Assembly: GCA_904063045.1 (NCBI GenBank)
Contig: CAJFCJ010000014.1
Coordinates: forward strand, 1,609,643-1,673,642
Length of the DNA: 64,000 nucleotides
DNA from: Dimorphilus gyrociliatus
Taxonomy: Eukaryota; Animalia; Annelida
Direction: 5' to 3'
The notes beneath the pieces are model-generated. The model saw only the letters and a program-made list of their open reading frames with translations. It had not been told where the DNA came from and made no database searches. Position numbers and translations under genes: made by a program. Position 1 is the first letter of the stretch. Each line of letters opens with the position of its first letter. Below are positions 1 to 11,639 of the stretch, in pieces.

Positions 1-2662
1 AATTCAATCCCTATTCAATAATAATTATGCTTGGCGAGTGTCACACAATGAAGTTAAGATTTACTTGCCTCATCATGGCGTATCTAATCTGAACAAGAAA
101 ACAATAAGAATAGTCTTTGACAGCGCCGCAAAATACAAGATCTATTCCCTGAATTATACACTTCTCACGGGACCTTCCTTACTGTCAAACCAAGCTTACA
201 TCCTTACATTATGGCGAACCCAACCCTATTTCATACTCGCAGACATCCATCAAACAGATGTTTATGAACATATGTGTAGACATAAAACACCAACCCTACT
301 TCAGTTTCATGTACAAAGACCCTAAAAAGGACAATAATATTTTATCTGCCGTCATGACACATCATATATTCGGTGCAGCTAGTTCCCCGTTCATTACTTG
401 TACAGCATTAAATGCCACAATTAAACAAGCAGTCTCATTGAATAGTGAAGAAAAGAAGATTATCTTGAAATCCTTCTACATGGACAACCTTATCTTGGTA
501 GGAGACAATGAGAGACAACTTGAAAATTTAGCCTTCCATCTGCACCAAGAGCTGGCAGCCAAAGGCCTACCCCTAATCAAATACACCACCAACAATGAGT
601 GGATAAGTACTCATTTCATCTTGAACATCAAGCTCATTCAAGAACCCGTCAAGGTCCTAGGAGTGACATACCAAATCGAGCACCTGAACAACACAAAAAA
701 AACATCTTTTTTTATTCTCTCATCACGAAAATCTATGATATTATGGGATTCATCGAACCAATAAAGTTACAGGCAAAAATCCTGATAACCTAGTTTCATG
801 GTCTTAATTGGGATGATACATGTCAAGATCAAGAAAGCCTCATAAAGGTACTGAAGGACATATCAGGCTCAATCTCGAGATACATACCACCTCCTGAAAA
901 TATACATATCTATGCCGACGCCTCAGATATCGCCTATGGTGTGGCAGTATATGGCGTCCACGCCGGAAAGGGCTATCTTTTGGCTTCATCTTCCCGCCTT
1001 TTCTCCTTGCCAAGGTCATCAATCCCACAAGCAAAATTGACATTGCAGTCAATATCTGCTCCATGGAATTCACATTCGAAATATTGGGATAATGGAGTAA
1101 AATGAGATGGACCCTGGCGTGGCTGTTAAGATTTAAATCAAACACGCTGTCCCCCGATCCTGTGATAGAGTAAAAAAATCGAAGCAGCCGAGCAACAATT
1201 ATTCAAACTTGTTCAGACCACTATGCCAATAAACAAATTAATGGATCTGTACTCGCTGCTGGAGGACAAAAATGGCGTCTACATCACGATGGGAAGGCTA
1301 GATGACACAACCGAAAAGAAAAAAGTTATAGTCTATGCTCGTCATCCTATAATCAGTAAGCTGATATACTATACGCATCACGAGATGAAACATGTCTCAT
1401 TAAGAGCCATTTTGGCAAACTTAGTCAATAAATTAAATCTTCTATATGCAATGTCAGGGCTCACGAGTGTTTTAAAAAGGTTTAAATTGTGCACTTCGAG
1501 GAATCACAAGAAACTGGTCCTACAAATGGTTAATTTACCAGAGCCCCGAACTGGAGAGTTTACCAATCTGTTTGAAAACATCACCATGGATTTTACCGGA
1601 CCTATATGCAAAACTATGGAGGGAAACAAAGTTTACCTACTCGTCACCTCTTTCTTGAGATCTAGAGCAGTACAAATTCTACCTACCACTTCCCTCTCAA
1701 CGAAGGTACTAATGACAGAGATCCAAATATTTATGAACAACTGGAGCTGGCCCAAGTCGATCATTTCAGACTCAGCTACAACCTTCAAAAAACTGTCCAA
1801 ATTAATCAACAATCACTACAAAAAACAATCTAAAGTGAAACACATTCTTAGGAAATTTAATTCCCCTCATTCCACTCACAAAATGGAAGTTGTCGAGAGG
1901 ATCATCGGATTAATCAAACCAATGATACAACCGAAAAAAGAAAGAATACCTGCCTCGATTGGGACACTATACATCTCACAATCTCGGCCATCGAGAACCT
2001 GATGAACAGTCCGCCCCATAAGCTTCAGAATCAACGACTTTGGAGAACCAATGACGGTGTCACCAGTGGATTTCATAAAAGTGAACAAATTACCGATAAA
2101 GAATGGAGAGTACGACCACGCTATTGTCACTCGTGAGCGTCAAATTCTGAATGACAAATGTTGCAATGAGTTGTTCAACAGCATTCACAAGAGAACAAAA
2201 TAGCACAAGGACAATTACAAGCCGAATATACATCCCAGACACACCATTCTATACTTTGACCAGAGATCAATATGTAAACTCAAATTAGCGAAAAACACCT
2301 ATAAAATCACCGAACGTACCTTCCAAATCTACACTGGTCACAGTAATATATAGAGAGACGTTAGAGATATAATCCCCGACCTACTAAATGAAACTCTATC
2401 TTTTCCTCTTCCTCTGGCCAGTGTAATCGACGAGCACATCATCTAAATTTGGCAGCAACCCAAATTATCGTTACGTCAATATCCATACGTTTTATACAAT
2501 TTTACAACCAACTGTTCTTATCCAGTTATCTTTTCCTAGTGTATGTGTATTACTTATAACTACCGGTTATATTACCAGTAAAGACTTTAAAACTAAACTT
2601 ACTGTACTGTTAAGTCAATGACATATCAGCGTATTATGTGCGCAACCCACTCAACGACTACA
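1..2662 (+). mobile_element. Degenerate BEL/Pao LTR retrotransposon: pol remnant (RT, RNase H, integrase) plus candidate 3' LTR; 5' end lies outside the window
   Basis: Broken ORFs carry RT motifs (LADI, HIFGAASSPF, FYMDNL), an RNase H-like YADASDIAYG segment near 905-935, and an integrase core (FENITMDFTGP, ISDSATTF, VERIIGLIK). RT-RH-IN order with multiple stops and frameshifts. Confidence 0.85.
2422..2662 (+). repeat. Candidate 3' LTR (241 bp) of the BEL element
   Basis: Begins TGTAATCG and ends CGACTACA (7/8 inverted match, TG...CA ends). Sequence right after 2662 resumes the host Ig6a-Ig6b intron seen in other cassette copies. No clear purine-rich PPT, and the matching 5' LTR is not in the window. 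Confidence 0.55.
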
Positions 2663-2725
2663 TTAATGTATATTTTATGTTAAAATAGAAAAAACACATA
2701 GATACATTTATATGTATATTTATAG

Positions 2726-5700
2726 AAAAAACTAGAGATAGATGGAAACACATTCAAGATCGAAGGAGCTGATAATAAAGAGAAGAATCTAATAATTGAT
2801 GCAAAAAGTAAAAGAATATTTGGTAAATACCAATGTATAGGAGATAATGGATATACTGAAGATGTTTCGACTGAAATACAATTGAAGCACTCGTTTAATC
2901 GTAAGTTACCAAGACGATTGTCTATTTCTTATATAACTTATACAGTAAACAAACAAAAATCGCATAACATATATAGATGACCTGCTACAAGAAATTCAAT
3001 TTCCACCCACAATTATTAACCATCCGGCTCGTCTAAAAGTTTACGCTGGTAGGGAGGATCTTAATATAAATTGTGGAGCGAAAGGTCCTAATGGTGATCT
3101 AGTTGGACCAAGCGGAAAGCTTGATTATGAATGGTACCACAGGAAAAGTGAACAGGATCCATGGGTAAAGATTAACATTATCGGAGAAGCTGGTTGGGCT
3201 TGGACTTCTGAGAACGATAACGGAAATATCAGAATCAAACAGGAAATTGTTTCAGATGATCGGGCCAAATATTCGGGAGAATATCAATGTATTGTGTCTC
3301 TTGACAATCACTATAAAGTTAAATCTAGTATTGGTCTACTTGTCCACTACGGTAAGTTAACAAAAATTACATAAATGTCTTCGTCTATGAGAAATCCTTC
3401 TTTTATTCTAACAGCAATTCCTCTCACAAGTAACACTCCTGTGCATTTGGATATAAATCGACACACGCACTTCATTATTGAACCAAAATATATAAAACTT
3501 GATTGTAATTTAATTGAATGTCAAAATTTTCGTATAAGACCTAAAATTGAAGGCAAACCTGATCCTGGTATCTTCCGCTCTTCTCGAATGGTTTATGATA
3601 GAGAAACTGGTCATTTTATAGTAATGCGAGCTGATTCAGAAGATAATGACAGACGATTTCATATACTTTTTGATTTTATTGAATCAAGTGTAGGTGAAAC
3701 AAATGACCCACGTGATATTAGAATTACAGGCGATCAAAGTAACATCAATAACGATATTATTTATCATACAACAACAAATAATAACAACCAGAACGAATTT
3801 CATCGTTTTTCTAAAGAAGATATTTCATTTACTTGTGCCGTGAAAGGAAAGTAAGTATAAGATAAACTTCAATCTAAATTTCCCAAGATCCTTTTTAAAA
3901 CCTTTACCTTTTTTTTAGCCCCCTTCCCTCTCTAACCTGGTCAAAAGAGAGTGGAAGTATACCACCAAAAGCTGATAGGAGTGAACCATACCGTCTAAAG
4001 ATAGGTATATGTTAAGAAAACATCTAACAGCTAATTTCTGGATAATTTTACATAATCTTTAAAATCAATATCTATTGGTAACCCGATAAAGATGCTCCAT
4101 AAATGATTATTTCTTTATCACCATTCTCTGTTTTGAATTTGACTCAGAGTTAGCATTTACTTTCTCTACTGATAATTAAAGAACTCATTTTTCAATCTAT
4201 TTTCAACTACTGTGTTACAATTAAGAAATATTTCTTAATAGGTGATCTTCAACCTGGCGACTCGGGAGTTTATAAATGCTCCATCGGATCTGGAATTGAA
4301 AAAACATTCTCTCTTAAAGTAGAAGGTTCAGTATTTCAGAAAAATAAGTGTATTTTTTCCACATTAACATGTCTTCTCTTCGAAAATAGATTTCTTCGAT
4401 TTCGAGGATAAACCGGAAAACCAAAATGCTAGTGTTGGTGACACGAATATACAGTGGAAATGTAGAGGAACACCTGGACAGCACAACTATGAATTTAACG
4501 TTAATGGAGAAAAACCTGGTAAATTATAATTTATCTTTTCAAGTTTATAATTCATCATTGAAATCCAACTTTTTCATCATTCAGTTAGTGACTTTTATGT
4601 TGCAAACTACATCATGAATTTGGAGAAGGTAGAGAGAACTCATGAAGGAGTAATTCAATGTAATATCAATAAACCGTCGACAAGGGAAAGTAAAAGTTCA
4701 TCAGCCTACTTTCTGGTCTTTGGTTAGTATATTTTAATGTTAGATAAATGGGATATGTTGATATTTATTCATTTCACATTTGTAGATAAAACAACAATAA
4801 CTGCTAAAAATGAAGCTGAAATTAATGTTACTCACGATATGGATAAGATCAAACTAGAATGTAATGTTTCAGTAGATAATAGATTGCCATTTTCACTACA
4901 CTGGTATAAAGATGGAGTAAGGAATAAGAGATTTTCTCTTAGAATTGGATAGATTAATACAGTATATTAATATATATTTTAAATTATTATAGGAAAAACT
5001 AGAAATAGATGGAAACACATTTAAGATCGAGGGAGCTGATAATAAAGAGAAGAATCTAATAATTGATGCAAAAAGTAAAACTATATTCGGTAAATACCGA
5101 TGTAAAGGAGATAATGGATATTCTGAAGATGTTTCGGCAGAAATAACATTGAAGCCCTCAACTAATCGTAAGTTTCCAAGACGATTGTTTATTTCTTTTA
5201 CAATTTATACATTCTACAAACAAAATCGTATAATATAAAGTGAGCTTCATAAAACAATGGACACCGTAAATTTTGATAGGCCAACTTTTAATTAACGGTT
5301 AATATTGTTTTTTCGCTGTAAATTATTTTTTTTGATCTAAATTTCTATAAAAAAGGGTTATATTCACGTAATATTGAAAAAAATTTACGAAATGATAAAT
5401 TTATGAATATTATAAGCAAAATATTTTTGGTCATTTTCATCAATTATATATTTATTTGGCGGCACAACATATTTATTGGAATAGTCAGTTGACATCCGGT
5501 TTGGCATTCAAATAGATGTAGCAAAAACTTCGAATCTGAGGATGAATTGTGGAAAATAATCAAAAAATGCTCTTATGAACTTATAAAAGAGCAGTCGGAG
5601 TTTTTACCACGTCTATATGATGGAATGGGGCATAGATTCAGGCAATGTATCGAAAAAGAAGGTAGCTATATTAAAAACTAAGAAAAATCAGAATATTTTT

Positions 5701-8316
5701 GTTGGTGTTCAAATTATAATAAAGTGCGGCCAAATAAGAAAAAAAACAACAAAACAGTATATAATATAAACAAAGAAAGTCATGTAAATTTTTACTTAAA
5801 TCGGTTTGAAAGAAAATTATGTATAAATTTCAGTTTCATATAACATTCTATGCAGAAGAAATTAAAAAAATATCTTTTTTCTTAGTGAAAAAAATCTTTA
5901 ATATGTTATCCTACTCAAAATTTGTGGTGTTCCAATTTTTATGAAGTTTGCTTTATTTAGATGTCCTGCTACAAGAAATTCAATTTCCACCCACAATTGT
6001 TAACCATCCGGCTCGTCTAAAAGTTTACGTTGGTAGGGAGGATCTTAATATAAATTGTGGAGCGAAAGGTCCTAATGGTGATCTAGTTGGACCGAGCGGA
6101 AAGCTTGATTATGATTGGTACCACAGGAAAAGTGAACAGGATCCATGGGTAAAGATTAACATTATCGGAGAAGCTGGTTGGGCTTGGACTTCTGAGAACG
6201 ATAACGGAAATATCAGAATCAAACAGGAAATTGTTGCAGATGATCCAGCCAAATATTCGGGAGAGTATCAATGTATAGTGTTTCTTGACAATCGCTATAA
6301 AGTTAAATCTAGTATTGGTCTACTTGTCCACTACGGTAAGTTAACAAAAATTACCTAAATGTCTTCGTCTACGACATATCCTCTTTTTATTCTCACAGCA
6401 ATTCCTCTCACAAGTAATGCTCCTGTTCATTTGAATATAAATCGACTAGCACACTTCATTATTGAGCCAAAATATATAAAACTTGATTGTAATTTAATTG
6501 AATGTCAAAATTTTCGTATAAGACCTAAAATTGAAGGCAATCCCGATCCTGCTATCTTCCGCTCTTCTCGAATGGTTTATGATAGAGAAACTGGTCATTT
6601 TATAGTAATGCGAGCTGATTCAGAAGATAATGACAGACGATTTCATATACTTTTTGATTTTATTGAATCAAGTTCAGGTGAAATAAATCAACCACGCGAT
6701 ATTAGAATTACAAACGATCAAAGTAACATCAATAACGATATTATTTATCACACAACAACAAATAATAACAACCAGAACGAGTTTCATCGTTTTTCTAAAG
6801 AAGATATTGCATTTACTTGTGCCGTAAAAGGAAAGTAAGTATAAGATAAGCTTCAATCCAAATTTCCCAATATCCTTTTTAAAAATTTCATCTTTTTTTA
6901 GCCCCCTTCCCTCTCTAACCTGGTCAAAAGAGAATGGTAATATATCATCAAAGGCTGATAGGAGTGAACCATATCGTCTAAAAATAGGTATATGATAAGC
7001 AAATATCTAACAGCTAATTTCTGGATAATTTTACATAATCTCTAAAATTGATATCTATATATAACCCGATAAAGATGCGCTATAATGATTATTTCTTTAT
7101 CACCATTCTCTGTTTTGAATTTCACTCAGAGTTAACGTCTACTTTCTGTACTGATAATTAAAGAACTCATTTTTCAAGCTATTTCCACCTACTGTGCTAC
7201 AATTAAGAAATATTACTTAATAGGTGATCTTCAACCTGGCGACTCGGGAGTTTACAAATGCTCCATCGGATATGGAATTGAAAAAACATTCTCTCTTAAA
7301 GTAGAAGGTTCAGTATTTCAGAAAAAATAAGTGTATTCTTTCCACATGAACATGTCTTCTCTTCGAAAATAGATTTCTTCGATTTCGAGGATAAACCGGA
7401 AAACCAAAATGCTAGTGTTGGTGACACGAATATACAGTGGAAATGTAGAGGAACACCTGGACAGCACAACTATGAATTTAACGTTAATGGAGAAAAACCT
7501 GGTAAATCATTATTTATCTTTACATGTTAAAAATTTATCATTGAAATCCAACTTTTTCATCATGTAGTTAGTGACTTTTATGTTGCAAACTACATCATGA
7601 ATTTGGAGAAGGTAGAGAGAACTCATGAAGGAGTAATTCAATGTAATATCAATAAACCGTCGACAAGGGAAAGTAAAAGTTCATCAGCCTACTTTCTGGT
7701 CTTTGGTTAGTATATTTTAATGTTAGATAAATGGAATATGTTGATATTTATTCATTTCACATTTGTAGATAAAACAACAATAACTGCTAAAAATGAAGCT
7801 GAAATTAATGTTACTCACGATATGGATAAGATCAAACTAGAATGTAATGTTTCAGTAGATAATAGATTGCCATTTTCACTAGACTGGTATAAAGATGGGG
7901 TAAGGGAATAAGAGATTTTCTCTTAGAATTGGATAGATTAATTTCGTATATTAATAAATTTGTTATGTTATTATAGGAAAAACTAGAAATAGATGGAATC
8001 ACATTCAGGATCGAAGGATCTGACAATAAAGAGAAGAATTTAGTAATTGATGCAAAAAGTAAAAATATATTCGGTAAATACCGATGTAAAGGAGATAATG
8101 GATATACTGAAGATGTTTCGACTGAAACAACATTGAAATTTTTGGATTTGAAGCCCTTAGGTTAGTTTCTATGACGATTGTAAGAACTTCTTATGAGTGT
8201 TTTTTCTTTCAGTTGGTACAGCCACTATAATGTCATTTTCGTGGTTGGTTTTGTTATCTGTAATTTGGAGTAACCATCTTCTCGGTATAATCAATGGAGA
8301 ATTTTTTTTTAATTGA
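2726..8316 (+). CDS. L1-family-derived Ig concatemer with GPI-like C-terminus, 5' partial: Ig6b + two full (Ig1-Ig2-Ig3-Ig4-Ig6) cassettes + hydrophobic tail; 1131 aa in window
   Basis: GT-AG exons: 2726-2900; 2977-3351, 3415-3850, 3919-4004, 4242-4325, 4390-4518, 4585-4722, 4786-4916, 4993-5167; 5961-6335, 6399-6834, 6902-6987, 7224-7307, 7373-7501, 7568-7705, 7769-7899, 7977-8160; 8213-8316. Sum 3396 nt, phases consistent, no internal stops. Last exon encodes VGTATIMSFSWLVLLSVIWSNHLLGIINGEFFFN*. Confidence 0.75.
5236..5955 (+). mobile_element. Internally deleted Tc1/mariner-type DNA transposon in an intron
   Basis: About 45-bp imperfect TIRs (TAAAGTGAGCTTCATAAAACAATGGACACCGTAAATTTTGA... 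versus reverse complement TAAAGCAAACTTCATAAAAATTGGAACACCACAAATTTTGA...) with TA at both ends. 5517-5681 encodes a Tc1-like transposase C-terminus (ELWKIIKKC...LYDGMGHRFRQCIEKEGSYIKN*). Confidence 0.8.
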
Positions 8317-8619
8317 TTGATGGAAAAAGAAAGAGTTTAGTATCTACTAAATGATGTTAATTCCAGAAAAATGTGTTAATCTATTCAGTAACTAAATATT
8401 CGTCGCTTAAAGCTTTTCCTCTTTGACAATGAAATAAACAAACTATATTTAATAATAAAGTAAGATATATTATTTTTTCAATTAGAAAAGCGTTTTTTAA
8501 TTATCAATAAACAATTGATATAATGTTAGCGCACTTTTTGTGTATGAGTTATCATTTGTTACCAACTTTTTTCATTTAATGAATTGATAACGGTGGAATT
8601 TTTTATAATATATCTAATG

Positions 8620-9560
8620 AAGTATAAATAGGAAGAACTTTTTTCGATCAAGATGCAAATAAGAAATCGAAACAATGGAAATGGACTAATCCTAAATACA
8701 ATGGTAACATTATGTATGATCCTTCCAAATTATTATAGAAATTTTATGGAAATAAAGATCATTTACAAGGACAGTGTCGTTGCACTGTATCTATAGATGA
8801 TCTTTATTACGTTAAGTCAATTGTATCGATTTTAATATATCACAGTTAGCTTGCTTTAGATATTCATCTACAATGATGAATAACATTCCATTTTTTTTCA
8901 TATTTTTAGAGATTACAAGAATCAATAATCCTTCAGAAGTTAAGGTTATTACTGGGAATGAACCCTTAGTTATACCGTCGAAATGTGATCATGGAGATCG
9001 TTAGGAAATTGAATGTCAAAATTTCAGTCTAAGGAAAAACTTTACTGATCCAACTTTCCCGGGTACTTTCAATAAGTCAAGAATGGTTATTGATAACTAA
9101 TCAATCCAAATCGTTTATTGTTTAATAAATAATATATAATAAACTTTCTTAAGCTATTCCAACCATTTAATCGTTTTCGGTTAGTTAATTAATAATAATT
9201 CTTTCGCTTTTTCCTTTTCTTCCTTATATTTGTTTTACAGAAAAACCAACTTTTATCCATAAAAAACTAGAGTGAACGTTAAGACAATCGAAACTAGGCT
9301 CTATTGTAAATTTCAGAATGACGAAAGACTTCCTCTTTCTATAACGTGATATAAAAAATAATGTTAGTGTCGTTTTTTAGAATACAGAAAAAAGTAGATT
9401 ACTTAATATCGTTTTGCAGAAACGCTTAATTATCGATAATGATAAATATCGGATCAAAGATTACGAAAAATATAAAAAAAATTTGATAATTAAGGGTCAA
9501 GAAGGTCATTACAAATGTCTAGCTTTAAATGGTTTAAATGGTCTGATGAGATTGATTGAC
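8620..9560 (+). pseudogene. Diverged, decayed L1-like Ig cassette (remnants of Ig1, Ig2, Ig6a, Ig6b)
   Basis: Recognisable homologous fragments: QGQCRCTVSIDDLYYVKS, IECQNFSLR...NKSRMVID, RLYCKFQNDERLPLSIT*YK, KNLIIKGQEGHYKCLALNG. In-frame stops present; Ig3-Ig4 not found. Confidence 0.55.
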
Positions 9561-9991
9561 ATCAACAGCCTCAGGTTTGTAGCAATCATCAACATAAACA
9601 ACATAATCTACCAATATTATCAATATATATAACAATCCTAAATATATTGTTTGCAGTATTAGAACGACCGAAAATCATCTTTTATTGCTTTATAATTGGA
9701 CTCTTATCATTAATTCAATAATATATTATAATTTTTCATACAGAATATAAACATCCTAAATATTTAATAATATTTCTACAGGCCTATTTATACAAAATAT
9801 ATTAAATATTTAATAAAAATTCTAATTAACGTATATTTAATTTAAAAAAGAAATAAACAAGGTAAAAAAAACAAAATAAAGCAAAATAAAAAACGATATA
9901 AACAATAAACACAATTAGATAAATAGAGACCCAACTGACTTTTGAATATTTAATAATTTTAAAGGGTTTAAAAGAAGAGTAAATTATTATT

Positions 9992-11070
9992 ATGGAATTA
10001 ATTAGAGAGAATATATTAAATGAATTACGTACAAGTAATAAATTAATTGAGCAGAATGATTGGACAATATCGGATATTTATAATATAGATAAGACTTATA
10101 GTATATTTGGTCTTATTATAATATTAATTAGTATTGTTTCGTCAACCTATATTAATTTATTCTTAAAGAATATCTTATCTAGAAAAGAATTACATTTTAA
10201 TAAGTAATATAAACTTATTATTTAGTTTGTTTAGTTGTTTGTCATTCTTTATTTTTTAGATTAAAAGAATTTTTAACTTTGGATTATGAGAATTACGATA
10301 ATCATAAAGATTTAATCCAATTTGAATATAATAATGATACATTTCTAACACCTAATAGCAGAAACGACCAGGTTATAAAATTCACTTTCAGGAGGTTTAT
10401 ACTATGCATTGACCGATCGGAAAGTTCCTCAATGATGCTTGATTGTATAAAACATTTATAGAAATACATTCATACATATATATATATTTATATAGATGTA
10501 TAAATACTATGAAAATTCTAGGGTTCTCTTCCAACTTATATAATAGAGATGATGTTGTCCTACTTATACCATATCCTATTGATGAGAAATGTAAATGTTT
10601 AGTAATCGTTGAAATAATTAATATTTAAATATATCATCTCTTCAGTTTCCAATAAATACGATAGATTAATGAAAGAGAAAGAAAAGAATAAAGAACTATT
10701 TCGAGATTATATTCTTAAGTGCCACTTTTACGGAGTAAGTATGGTTTACGGTTAATTATCTTTAATATAGATTTTATAGTTCCATTCATTCTTTAAGATA
10801 AACTCTTTAACTTGCGCTCCGAGTTGTCGTTCGACTCTTAAATTTATTGAAAAAGTTACTAAAAATCAATCTGCTGATATGATAATTATGTGCGATGAAT
10901 GGAATGGAAAGGATAATCAATCTCTGCTTAACGAATTAAGAAAACGTTTAGCAATACCATTGATTATTTTTGGCCCTAATTTCTCAATTGAAAAGAGTAA
11001 TGGTAAAATACCGGCGTTTGAAAAAGATAGCGAAATCAGCTTGAATGATTCAGAAGATGAAAAAGATTAA
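9992..11070 (+). CDS. Putative spliced gene: N-terminal TM segment plus divergent universal-stress-protein (UspA)-like domain
   Basis: Exons about 9992-10203, 10260-10444, 10496-10588, 10646-10734, 10799-11070. Motifs RFILCIDRSESS, DDVVLLIP, ADMIIMC and IPLIIF follow the USP pattern. One splice junction (near 10444/10496) does not phase cleanly, so it may be a pseudogene. Confidence 0.4.
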
Positions 11071-11639
11071 TAACTGAATTAGTAAGAAATGAGTAAAGAA
11101 AGAAAACCCTATTGAATACGAATGTCTAAACTTTATGAAATAAATCCAACAACTACTTTTTTACTTCCTTAATGTGTTTTTATATGAATTGTTCTTTCTC
11201 AAATATATGAGGAAATAGTACAGATATTCCTTATTATTAATATCGCTTCTATATCGCTGCTATATATAGTATGAATTTTATTAAATTTCTCTATAGTGTG
11301 CAAAATATCTAGGTATAACAAAGGAGGGAAATATTTGGATTGTAAATATATGTAGTTCCCTTAGAATCTTTCATGATTAATCAATTATTGCAGTCGAAGG
11401 TGTTTTTTCAATACTTCTTCCTATAATTTATCTTGTTTAGCTGATTCAGTATTCTTGATAGTTCGAAAATACAATAATATACAACACTGGATAATACAGT
11501 AATTGGTGTTTTGCCCCCTATTTTTGCTGTACTATCCTTCTAGGGAAAAAAGGCTCTCGTATTCCTGAAATCTAACAATTTCTATAATACTATTCTAAGT
11601 AGATATCAGTACAATTTCTCTTTAAATACGTTATGATTC

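Noticed and set aside
3375-3414. ORF-track N-termini MSSSMRNPSF / MSSSTTYPLF (also 6359, 18261)
   Set aside because: These are intron sequence read in frame; the real exons start at the AG acceptors.
8230-8284. MSFSWLVLLSVIWSNHLLG read as a signal-peptide exon for a downstream cassette
   Set aside because: It has a strong upstream acceptor in phase with Ig6b, and the downstream cassette is decayed. A terminal GPI-like exon is more parsimonious, though not proven.
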